A stretch of 64,000 bases of DNA from Nemertoderma westbladi (lineage: Eukaryota > Animalia > Xenacoelomorpha): contig JAUCBJ010001674.1 in assembly GCA_032718475.1 (NCBI GenBank), positions 1 to 64,000 on the forward strand, given 5' to 3'. Below, one piece after another: positions 11,666 to 23,300 of this stretch (within the stretch, counting starts at the first letter, position 1; the number at the start of each line of letters is the position of its first letter). The position numbers were made by a program, and so were the translations under genes. The notes below the pieces were generated by a model. It was not told the origin of the DNA. It saw only the letters and a program-made list of their open reading frames with translations, and ran no database searches.

Positions 11666-12162
11666 TTATTATGTCCGCATTTTTGTGAATAAAAAAGTAA
11701 ATTTTTAAAATAAAAAAAGAAGTGTTATATTTTTTTCAAACTTGTTTACGACTTTGACAAAAAACGTGACTTACAACAAATAAATATTAATTGAATTTAA
11801 AAATATAAAAAAATTTCTAACTCCATCCCATTTATTAAAAATGTATTTGTTACTGTAACAATTACAAGTTCTAGAACTGAATTTAGTAAAGATTCCGCCA
11901 ATTATTTTAAAATAATTCAGATTTGCATTTATATTTGTTATGAATAACATTTCAATGTATGTCTATATCTGATCACCACTAGCTAACTTATTTTAATGGT
12001 TTAAATGTTCAAAATACCTCAGATCTCTCTTACCGTTAAAAATTACTTTCGCGAAATTTATTAAATAAATATTTAGAATTGGAAGCATATTATTCTGGCG
12101 AAATTGTTAGAGACGTGAGACTGCAAAAACAAGTATTGGTATTCTTTCGACAAATAAATTAA

Positions 12163-13341
12163 AGGTAACAGTCCCATATAGCACTACATGTTTATGTAAT
12201 AAATCATTGTTACCATGGCAACATTGTAGAGTTCTAAAACAAAATATTATACACTTTTCTAGAACATAAATAAAATAATAAATATAATGTTCTAGAACAT
12301 GTAGCTAGTTTTTTTTCAAATTTAAACTTGCTAGTAATTAAAAAGATATTCAAAAAATTTGGGGTGCGAAATGCACAAAAGTCAAATTAAGGCAATTAAA
12401 ATACAGCTCAAGAGAAAAATATGCGACGCCCGAGCTTTTGTGTGAGAGGTGCATTAACTACTGTATGAAGATAAATTTACCGAAAAACTGACAGAATGCA
12501 TGTGGAGGCGACAGATAAGAAAAGGAAAATAAAACGGATTCCATGAGATATTAAAGGCCAACAAAAGCCAATACCTGATGGATAAATAAACTAATTAGTT
12601 ACATCGGTATCAAGGCGTAGTACAGTACTATATACGTACAAGGCCGTGCCATCGAGTTAACTGGGGGCGGTGACTGGGGGCAAAATGTTTTTTTACAACA
12701 ATTTGATATTTTGATATGGGGAGAGTTCTATAAATTTTCATTTGCTGCAATTTGGTCAGTGGATGTAATTGAAGCATCCTCGATAAGTAAGATACAACAT
12801 TTTATGGTACACGTAGCTAGTGTTTTAGGTAGGTTTAGCTAGTAATTTCGACACTGGTTCCGACATCCTACTTCCCTCTATAAATATTTTGTAGTAGCTA
12901 GTTCTTGTTACTTTTTGTATAGAAAATGTTCCAGAAGATGTTAGCTATTCATTTTTAAAAAAAATTATGTTCTAGAACAAATATTTTTTGTTCTAGAACA
13001 TTTTAAAAAATCTGGATTCTATTTAAAACGCATGGAATCGTTCTAAAACGTGTTTAAAATCAATAAAAAAATTGTGAAAAAAAAATATTGTGAAAAAATT
13101 TTATGATCAATATTAATTTAAATGTAACCAGAAATTTATTTAAAAATAATTTTTTTTAATTTACTAGCTATTTTAAAATTAAATATACTAGCTATATGTT
13201 CTAGAACATTATATTTTTTATTTTATTTATGTTCTAGAATAGAATATAATACTTTACTATTGTTCTAGAACTCATCAACGTTGCCATAGTAACAATGATA
13301 TATGTTTTCAAAATGTAGTGCTATACGGAACTCCAGCCAAT
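12163..13341. mobile_element. Non-autonomous DNA transposon with ~150-bp imperfect TIRs between TTAA sites (Kolobok-like)
   Basis: Left TTAA|AGGTAACAGTCCCATATAGCACTACAT...ATCATTGTTACCATGGCAAC...TTCTAGAACATAAATAAAATAA is the inverse of the right ...TTATTTTATTTATGTTCTAGAA...GTTGCCATAGTAACAATGAT...ATGTAGTGCTATACGGAACTCCAGCCAAT|TTAA. Confidence 0.7.
13280..13293. promoter_or_regulatory. RFX X-box-like palindrome GTTGCCATAGTAAC inside the TIR, about 80 bp upstream of the FReD ATG (mirror copy GTTACCATGGCAAC at 12209-12222)
   Basis: Matches the X-box consensus GTNRCC-N(0-3)-RGYAAC; function not demonstrable from sequence. Confidence 0.4.
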
Positions 13342-13371
13342 TTAAATAAAGATGGAGACAGCAAGGTGATC

Positions 13372-14424
13372 ATGGCGTCTTTGTTCAATAGAACTAGTAA
13401 ATCTTCTTCACAGAGTTCTTATGCAACGGCTGTGGAAGAAATTGAGTTGGACGAAGTTGAGCGGCCGACGCAAATACAAGAAGAAAACGTTGAGGCCAAC
13501 ATTCCGATCTCACCTCAACAGAACAATGTAGAACAATCAAACTGGCTGTGCAGAATCCTTAAAGATTGTGACAACAAAAGGAAGCTTTTAATCGCGGGAA
13601 TAGTATTACTTCTTCTCTCTATTTCAACAGCAATATTCCTATTTCTCTATTATTTTACTGCTCTGTTACTACCTGGAGCTGTCGAGACAACCACCATTAG
13701 CTCAATAAATATAACGGATGGTCTCCCACTAACAACCACTATCACTGATACCACTCAGATAACATTAGACTCCTTCCCATGTGCCGATATATTGGAGCTG
13801 GGTGAAGTCGTGGACAATGTACCCTTAAAGAAAAAGAAACTGAAATGCTATAACGCGGATGAACTTCTAATACAGGAACATAACAACTTTTATCATAGTT
13901 TCAATTTCAGTAGAGATTGGGATGAATATAAAAAAGGTTTTGGTGACCTCAGTGGGTATGGTTATTGGATTGGTTTGGAGGCGATTCATCTGATAACGAA
14001 AAGATGGAAATGTGATCTAGTTATTAACATAAATGTCCATGAAAAACTACAATCCGGAGCATTAAAGCCTCAATTTCATTCAAGACAAAATTATACTAAT
14101 GTAACGGTCGGATCAGAAGATACAAACTACACCCTTCAATACGAAACATGGGAAAGTGACCGTGATGATTTAGAGAATGGAATGGCCGGAGCGAACGGGA
14201 AACAGTTCTCGACGGAAGATAGAGATAATGATGGTTATGTAATTTCATATGCGGTATTGAGGAAAAGCGGTTGGTGGCACGCCCACCACTCTCTAACGGA
14301 CCTAAATGGACACTTTTTTGTTATTGATAATAGAGGGGATGAAAGGAGTGCAAGCCATTGGGGCAGGAGACTCACAGTTTATAGTAAAATTCGTATCAGC
14401 AACTGCGTTGATAGAAACAAGTAA
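13372..14424 (+). CDS. Intronless type II transmembrane fibrinogen C-terminal domain (FReD, FIBCD1-like topology) protein, 350 aa
   Basis: ATG in ATCATGG context (the track start at 13318 is a GTG inside the TIR). Acidic N-tail, TM helix LLIAGIVLLLLSISTAIFLFLYYFTALLL, Thr-rich stalk, and FBG motifs FSRDWDEYKKGFGD, YWIGLEAIHLIT, NGKQFSTEDRDND, SGWW, DLNG. Confidence 0.88.
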   Translation: MASLFNRTSKSSSQSSYATAVEEIELDEVERPTQIQEENVEANIPISPQQNNVEQSNWLCRILKDCDNKRKLLIAGIVLLLLSISTAIFLFLYYFTALLLPGAVETTTISSINITDGLPLTTTITDTTQITLDSFPCADILELGEVVDNVPLKKKKLKCYNADELLIQEHNNFYHSFNFSRDWDEYKKGFGDLSGYGYWIGLEAIHLITKRWKCDLVININVHEKLQSGALKPQFHSRQNYTNVTVGSEDTNYTLQYETWESDRDDLENGMAGANGKQFSTEDRDNDGYVISYAVLRKSGWWHAHHSLTDLNGHFFVIDNRGDERSASHWGRRLTVYSKIRISNCVDRNK

Positions 14425-14431
14425 CGTTAAA

Positions 14432-14437
14432 AATAAA
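14432..14437 (+). terminator. Candidate polyadenylation signal AATAAA of the FReD gene
   Basis: Canonical hexamer starting 8 nt after the stop codon; AT-rich context lowers specificity. Confidence 0.45.
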
Positions 14438-15050
14438 ACTGAGTTCTGCTGAAACTGAGTTGATGTATGGTTTAATTATTGATGTCTGAGTATTAAATAC
14501 AATATTATAATAATATACTACATAACTAGCAGTAACGTGGCACTATTATGGCCTCGGTGTTTTGTGTCTGTTTTGTGGCACAAAACCCTCAAATTCCTAT
14601 AATATTCCTATATAATGCTCTAGAAGATTATATATTATTTGTATTGTAAATAAATTTTTTAGGTTATCGAAGACTAATTGTAATTCTAGAACATTGTGTA
14701 TTTATTAAATATATAATAAATGGCCTGCAGCTGAAGCAAATACATGCAACATTCGAAGGCCAATGTTGCTAATTTTGCGTTTTAAAATCGCTATAACTCG
14801 GCCAATATTAATTTTTTTTAAGTAAAATTGCTCTCTGGGGTTTTTTCACATGCTCTTTCACATGAAACCAACGAACACTCGAAAAAAAATTCCGAGTCGT
14901 CTACCCCATTCTAATTAGAGTTGATGTTAATTAATCATCTAAATAGCAAAATATTGAAGGAGCAAACAGACTAGGAATATCATTCGTTTCATGTCGTTCA
15001 TACATTATCATTTTAGCTACATTATTTCTTCATCAAATACCGAATATTAA

Positions 15051-16438
15051 CCCTATTACCACTGGGGTGTTTTGACCATTAGCACCACTGGGGGGGGGGG
15101 GGGGGGGGGGGGGGGATTCGGCCCACCCACTATATTTTTGTAGTCGTCTAATGAAATCCTACAAAATTTGGGCTGTTGGTGAAACAACTATAGATGAACA
15201 CTACCAAATCTTAAAAAGTTAAAATTTCATAAGCAGGGTAAACAAAATTACAAAATTTTCTAAAACTAATAGTGTGGCAGTGTTGGGTAGATTTAGTAGG
15301 TATTTCAAAACGCTGAATCGAATGTGATTATATTCCACTTCCAAAAATTGAAGTGGATGCTATTTTTCGTGCACCTAAGAAGTGGGCGTGGCACTTCAAA
15401 TTTTGAAAAATTAGATATTCAGAAAATGCCCCTAATTTTTTTATTTCAACGCATCTTTATGGGTTTTCTGGGCCGCTGAATCGATTGAAAGTAATATAGA
15501 AGCCTGAAGACTGAGTGGTTCGCCATTTTTGGTGCACCAAAATTAGGGCGTGGCACTTCAAATTTTGAAAAATACGAGATTCGGAAAATAAACCAAAATT
15601 GAAATTTTAACGAATTTATATAGGTTTTCCAGACCGCTGAATCGATTGAAAGTAATATAGAAGCCTGAAGACTTAGAAGTTAGCCATTTTTTGAAATCAA
15701 AACTTTAGTGTTTTTTCCGAATAAAGAAATTTTGAAAATTTGAAGTGCCACGCCCTAATTTTGGTGCACCGAAAATTACGTACACAAAGGATTTGAGGCT
15801 TCTATATTACTTTCAATCGATTCAGCGCTCCAGAAAACCTATAAAATTAATTTGAAATCAAAACTTTAGTGAATTTTCCGAATCTCATATTTTTCAAAAA
15901 TTGAAGTGCCACGCCCTAATTTTGGTGCACCAAAAATAGCGAACCACTAAGTCTTCAGGCTTCTATATTACTTTCAATCGATTCAGCGCTCCAGAAAACC
16001 TATAAAAATGCTTTGCAAATCAAAACTTTAGTGTATTTTCCGAATCTCGTATTTTTCAAAATACCACGCCCTAATTTTGGTGCTCCAAAAATGACGTACC
16101 ACTACACTTACATACTTGTATAGAGCATTAGAGTGATCCAAACCAATAAAAATAAATAAAAATAGCCCAAACATAAATAATTACTAAATCACGAATGACT
16201 TTGTAAAATTCGAAAATTTCAAAAAATTTGGTGCTGGAGACCAAATTTTGAGGTGGCACCCACAGCGAAAAGTAGAAATCCAATTGCAACGGCGTTTTTT
16301 GCAAAAGATGCGGCATTAAATTTGGCTAATTCTCACAAAAAATTGGGCCGGTACGTAATGTGGTTGCATAGTTACAGCAACTAAAAACTAGGAAGGGGCC
16401 GATTCGCCCCCCCCCCCCCCCCCGCAGTGGTAATAGGG
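15051..16438. mobile_element. Non-autonomous piggyBac element
   Basis: TTAA|CCCTATTACCACTG ... CAGTGGTAATAGGG|TTAA: perfect 14-bp TIR, TTAA TSD, CCC/GGG ends. Internal ~165-bp repeats run in both orientations. Confidence 0.93.
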
Positions 16439-17365
16439 TTAAATGACGGTTTGGTGTCATATAAAAACGCTTTAGGTACTTTTTATATAAACCAAAACTT
16501 TAACAGGCATTTTGGTTACATTTTACTAAAGCATTTAAACGCAACTTTTTGCCGAAACGCACCTTTTTTGCAGAAAAAGGTCACAGAAGGGCTGAATCTA
16601 ACCAAAACAATAAACGTAGTATATGCACAGGTTATAAGACAGAAATAAGCGCTATAAAACACTTAATAAAGATAAATTAAAAAAAATAAAAAATCTTCAT
16701 ATATAAAATTCCAATAAAAAATCGACCGAAAAGTGAAATCCTGGTATTCTTCACATGGGCGTCTTTTTTTGCCGAAACGCGACGACCTGTCGCGTCAAAA
16801 GGGTAAAATCGATTTTGCCTTCGGCAAAATAGTTGCGTTTCGGCAAAATTATTTCTTTATTGCATGATAATACGGTGTCGTCGCGTTTCGGCAACTGTCG
16901 CGTTTCGAGAAAAAAAGTTGCATTTCGGCAAAAAAGATGCGTTTCGGCAACAGTCGCGATTCGGCAAAAAAAGTTGTGTTTTGATGAAAAGTTGCGTTTC
17001 GATAAAAAGTTGCGTTTCGGCAAAAGATATAAAGATAAATTCCGAGATGCTAGATCGGGCTTAAATTCAATAATTAAAATCGTAGTGGTTAAACTAATAT
17101 TATTTTATTTGATTGATTCATATTAGGGATTCAAATCTGGTGAGATTTAATTTTAAGGCTAGTATTTAGAACTTTCATTTCGATTTCACTTCTTTTCGAA
17201 AGTTTGTATGAGTTTCATAATTTGCAAAAATTAACCATTCGGCATCGTGCTACAAACTTAGTCACATGTCATATGCAAGAGTCCTGCACCTAATAATTTT
17301 ATGCACTATAGAGTCTGACATTCCGTCAGAAATATTTTTCTAAATTATTGTTTTTTTTTCAAACA

Positions 17366-20300
17366 AAATGTTAATGTTGATAGGCTAAATGTTAATGTTG
17401 ATAGGCTAAATGTTAATGTTGATAGGCTAAATGTTAATGTTGATAGGCTAAATGTCAATGTTGATAGGCTAAATGTTAATGTTGATAGGCTAAATGTTAA
17501 TGTTGATAGGCTAAATGTTAATGTTGATAGGCTAAATGTTAATGTTGATGTTATGTTGATAGGCTAAATGTAAATGTTGATAGGCTAAATGTTAATGTTG
17601 ATGTTATGTTGATAGGCTAAATGTAAATGTTGATAGGCTAAATGTTAATGTTGATAGGCTAAATGTTAATGTTGATGTTATGTTGATAGGCTAAATGTAA
17701 ATGTTGATAGGCTAAATGTTAATGTTGATAGGCTAAATGTTAATGTTGATGTTATGTTGATAGGCTAAATGTTAATGTTGATAGGCTAAATGTAAATGTT
17801 GATAGGCTAAGTGTTAATGTTGATAGGCTAAATGTTAATGTTGATAGGATAAATGTAAATGTTGATAGGCTAATGTTAATGTTGATAGGCTAAATGTTAA
17901 TGTTGATAGGCTAAATGTAAATGTTGATAGGCTAAATGTAAATGTTGATAGGCTAAATGTAAATGTTGATAGGCTAAATGTTAATGTTGATAGGCTAAAT
18001 GTTAATGTTGATGTTATGTTGATAGGCTAAATGTTAATGTTGATAGGCTAAATGTAAATGTTGATAGGCTAAATGTTAATGTTGATAGGCTAAATGTTAA
18101 TGTTGATAGGCTAAATGTTAATGTTGATAGGCTAAATGTTAATGTTGATAGGCTAAATGTAAATGTTGATAGGCTAAATGTAAATGTTGATAGGCTAAAT
18201 GTTAATGTTGATAGGCTAAATGTTAATGTTGATAGACTAAATGTAAATGTTGATAGGCTAAATGTTAATGTTGATAGGCTAAATGTAAATGTTGATAGGC
18301 TAAATGTTAATGTTGATAGGCTAAATGTTAATGTTGATGTTATGTTGATAGGCTAAATGTTAATGTTGATAGGCTAAATGTAAATGTTGATAGGCTAAAT
18401 GTTAATGTTGATAGGCTAAATGTAAATGTTGATAGGCTAAATGTTAATGTTGATAGGCTAAATGTTAATGTTGATAGGCTAAATGTAAATGTTGATAGGC
18501 TAAATGTTAATGTTGATAGGCTAAATGTTAATGTTGATAGGCTAAATGTTAATGTTGATAGGCTAAATGTTAATGTTGATAGGCTAAATGTTAATGTTGA
18601 TAGGCTAAATGTAAATGTTGATAGGCCAATGTTAATGTTGATAGGCTAAATGTTAATGTTGATAGGCTAAATGTAAATGTTGATAGGCTAAATGTAAATG
18701 TTGATAGGCTAAATGTTAATATTGATAGGCTAAATGTTAATGTAGATAGGCTAAATGTAAATGTTGATGTTATGTTGATAGGCTAAATGTTAATGTTGAT
18801 AGGCTAAATGTAAATGTTGATAGGCTAAATGTTAATGTTGATGTTATGTTGATAGGCTAAATGTTAATGTTGATAGGCTAAATGTTAATGTTGATAGGCT
18901 AAATGTTAATGTTGATAGGCTATATGTTAATATTGATAGGCTAAATGTAAATGTTGATAGGCTAAATGTAAATGTTGATAGGCTAAATGTTAATGTTGAT
19001 AGGCTAAATGTTAATGTTGATGTTATGTTGATAGGCTAAATGTAAATGTTGATAGGCTAAATGTTAATGTTGATAGGCTAAATGTTAATGTTGATGTTAT
19101 GTTGATAGGCTAAATGTTAATGTTGATAGGCTAAATGTAAATGTTGATAGGCTAAATGTTAATGTTGATAGGCTAAATGTTAATGTTGATAGGCTAAATG
19201 TAAATGTTGATAGGCTAATGTTAATGTTGATAGGCTAAATGTTAATGTTGATAGGCTAAATGTAAATGTTGATAGGCTAAATGTAAATGTTGATAGGCTA
19301 AATGTAAATGTTGATAGGCTAAATGTTAATGTTGATAGGCTAAATGTTAATGTTGATGTTATGTTGATAGGCTAAATGTTAATGTTGATAGGCTAAATGT
19401 AAATGTTGATAGGCTAAATGTTAATGTTGATAGGCTAAATGTTAATGTTGATAGGCTAAATGTTAATGTTGATAGGCTAAATGTTAATGTTGATAGGCTA
19501 AATGTAAATGTTGATAGGCTAAATGTAAATGTTGATAGGCTAAATGTTAATGTTGATAGGCTAAATGTTAATGTTGATAGGCTAAATGTAAATGTTGATA
19601 GGCTAAATGTTAATGTTGATAGGCTAAATGTAAATGTTGATAGGCTAAATGTTAATGTTGATAGGCTAAATGTTAATGTTGATGTTATGTTGATAGGCTA
19701 AATGTTAATGTTGATAGGCTAAATGTAAATGTTGATAGGCTAAATGTTAATGTTGATAGGCTAAATGTAAATGTTGATAGGCTAAATGTTAATGTTGATA
19801 GGCTAAATGTTAATGTTGATAGGCTAAATGTAAATGTTGATAGGCTAAATGTTAATGTTGATAGGCTAAATGTTAATGTTGATAGGCTAAATGTTAATGT
19901 TGATAGGCTAAATGTTAATGTTGATAGGCTAAATGTTAATGTTGATAGGCTAAATGTAAATGTTGATAGGCTAAATGTTAATGTTGATAGGCTAAATGTT
20001 AATGTTGATAGGCCAATGTTAATGTTGATAGGCTAAATGTTAATGTTGATAGGCTAAATGTAAATGTTGATAGGCTAAATGTTAATGTTGATAGGCTAAA
20101 TGTAAATGTTGATAGGCTAAATGTTAATGTTGATAGGCTAAATGTTAATGTTGATGTTATGATGATAGGCTAAATGTTAATGTTGATAGGCTAAATGTAA
20201 ATGTTGATAGGCTAAATGTTAATGTTGATAGGCTAAATGTAAATGTTGATAGGCTAAATGTTAATGTTGATAGGCTAAATGTTTATGTTGATAGGCTAAA

Positions 20301-23300
20301 TGTAAATGTTGATAGGCTAAATGTAAATGTTGATAGGCTAAATGTTAATGTTGATAGGCTAAATGTTAATGTTGATAGGCTAAATGTAAATGTTGATAGG
20401 CTAAATGTAAATGTTGATAGGCTAAATGTTAATATTGATAGGCTAAATGTTAATGTTGATAGGCTAAATGTAAATGTTGATGTTATGTTGATAGGCTAAA
20501 TGTTAATGTTGATAGGCTAAATGTAAATGTTGATAGGCTAAATGTTAATGTTGATGTTATGTTGATAGGCTAAATGTTAATGTTGATAGGCTAAATGTTA
20601 ATGTTGATAGGCTAAATGTTAATGTTGATAGGCTATATGTTAATATTGATAGGCTAAATGTAAATGTTGATAGGCTAAATGTAAATGTTGATAGACTAAA
20701 TGTTAATGTTGATGTTATGTTGATAGGCTAAATGTAAATGTTGATAGGCTAAATGTTAATGTTGATAGGCTAAATGTAAATGTTGATAGGCTAAATGTTA
20801 ATGTTGATAGGCTAAATGTTAATGTTGATAGGCTAAATGTTAATGTTGATAGGCTAAATGTAAATGTTGATAGGCCAATGTTAATGTTGATAGGCTAAAT
20901 GTTAATGTTGATAGGCTAAATGTAAATGTTGATAGGCTAAATGTAAATGTTGATAGGCTAAATGTTAATATTGATAGGCTAAATGTTAATGTTGATAGGC
21001 TAAATGTAAATGTTGATAGGCTAAATGTTAATGTTGATAGGCTAAATGTTAATGTTGATAGGCTAAATGTTAATGTTGATAGGCTAAATGTTAATGTTGA
21101 TAGGCTAAATGTTAATGTTGATAGGCTAAATGTAAATGTTGATAGGCTAAATGTTAATGTTGATAGGCTAAATGTTAATGTTGATAGGCTAAATGTAAAT
21201 GTTGATAGGCTAAATGTAAATGTTGATAGGCTAAATGTTAATGTTGATAGGCTAAATGTTAATGTTGATAGGCTAAATGTAAATGTTGATAGGCTAAATG
21301 TTAATGTTGATAGGCTAAATGTTAATGTTGATAGGCTAAATGTAAATGTTGATAGGCTAAATGTTAATGTTGATAGGCTAAATGTTAATGTTGATAGGCT
21401 AAATGTTAATGTTGATAGGCTAAATGTTAATGTTGATAGGCTAAATGTAAATGTTGATAGGCTCAATGTTAATGTTGATAGGCTAAATGTTAATGTTGAT
21501 AGGCTAAATGTAAATGTTGATAGGCTAAATGTAAATGTTGATAGGCTAAATGTTAATGTTGATAGGCTAAATGTTAATGTTGATAGGCTAAATGTAAATG
21601 TTGATGTTATGTTGATAGGCTAAATGTTAATGTTGATAGGCTAAATGTTAATGTTGATAGGCTAAATGTAAATGTTGATAGGCTAAATGTAAATGTTGAT
21701 AGGCTAAATGTAAATGTTGATAGGCTAAATGTTAATGTTGATGTTATGTTGATAGGCTAAATGTTAATGTTGATAGGCTAAATGTAAATGTTGATAGGCT
21801 AAATGTTAATGTTGATAGGCTAAATGTTAATGTTGATAGGCTAAATGTTAATGTTGATAGGCTAAATGTTAATGTTGATAGGCTAAATGTTAATGTTGAT
21901 AGGCTAAATGTAAATGTTGATAGGCTAAATGTTAATGTTGATAGGCTAAATGTAAATGTTGATAGGCTAAATGTAAATGTTGATAGGCTAAATGTTAATG
22001 TTGATAGGCTAAATGTAAATGTTGATAGGCTAAATGTAAATGTTGATAGGCTAAATGTTAATGTTGATGTTATGTTGATAGGCTAAATGTTAATGTTGAT
22101 AGGCTAAATGTAAATGTTGATAGGCTAAATGTTAATGTTGATAGGCTAAATGTTAATGTTGATAGGCTAAATGTTAATGTTGATAGGCTAAATGTTAATG
22201 TTGATAGGCTAAATGTTAATGTTGATAGGCTAAATGTAAATGTTGATAGGCTAAATGTTAATGTTGATAGGCTAAATGTTAATGTTGATAGGCTAAATGT
22301 AAATGTTGATAGGCTAAATGTTAATGTTGATAGGCTAAATGTAAATGTTGATAGGCTAAATGTTAATGTTGATAGGCTAAATGTTAATGTTGATGTTATG
22401 TTGATAGGCTAAATGTTAATGTTGATAGGCTAAATGTAAATGTTGATAGGCTAAATGTTAATGTTGATAGGCTAAATGTAAATGTTGATAGGCTAAATGT
22501 TAATGTTGATAGGCTAAATGTTAATGTTGATAGGCTAAATGTAAATGTTGATAGGCTAAATGTTAATGTTGATAGGCTAAATGTTAATGTTGATAGGCTA
22601 AATGTTAATGTTGATAGGCTAAATGTTAATGTTGATAGGCTAAATGTTAATGTTGATAGGCTAAATGTAAATGTTGATAGGCTCAATGTTAATGTTGATA
22701 GGCTAAATGTTAATGTTGATAGGCTAAATGTAAATGTTGATAGGCTAAATGTAAATGTTGATAGGCTAAATGTTAATGTTGATAGGCTAAATGTTAATGT
22801 TGATAGGCTAAATGTAAATGTTGATGTTATGTTGATAGGCTAAATGTTAATGTTGATAGGCTAAATGTTAATGTTGATAGGCTAAATGTAAATGTTGATA
22901 GGCTAAATGTAAATGTTGATAGGCTAAATGTAAATGTTGATAGGCTAAATGTTAATGTTGATGTTATGTTGATAGGCTAAATGTTAATGTTGATAGGCTA
23001 AATGTTAATGTTGATAGGCTAAATGTTAATGTTGATAGGCTAAATGTTAATGTTGATAGGCTAAATGTTAATGTTGATAGGCTAAATGTAAATGTTGATA
23101 GGCTAAATGTAAATGTTGATAGGCTAAATGTTAATGTTGATGTTATGTTGATAGGCTAAATGTTAATGTTGATAGGCTAAATGTTAATGTTGATAGGCTA
23201 AATGTAAATGTTGATAGGCTAAATGTTAATGTTGATAGGCTAAATGTTAATGTTGATAGGCTAAATGTTAATGTTGATAGGCTAAATGTAAATGTTGATA

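Noticed and set aside
16530-17030. Short TTTCGGCAA repeats and associated small ORFs
   Set aside because: Probably subterminal repeats of a decayed transposon; no boundaries or protein similarity could be defined.
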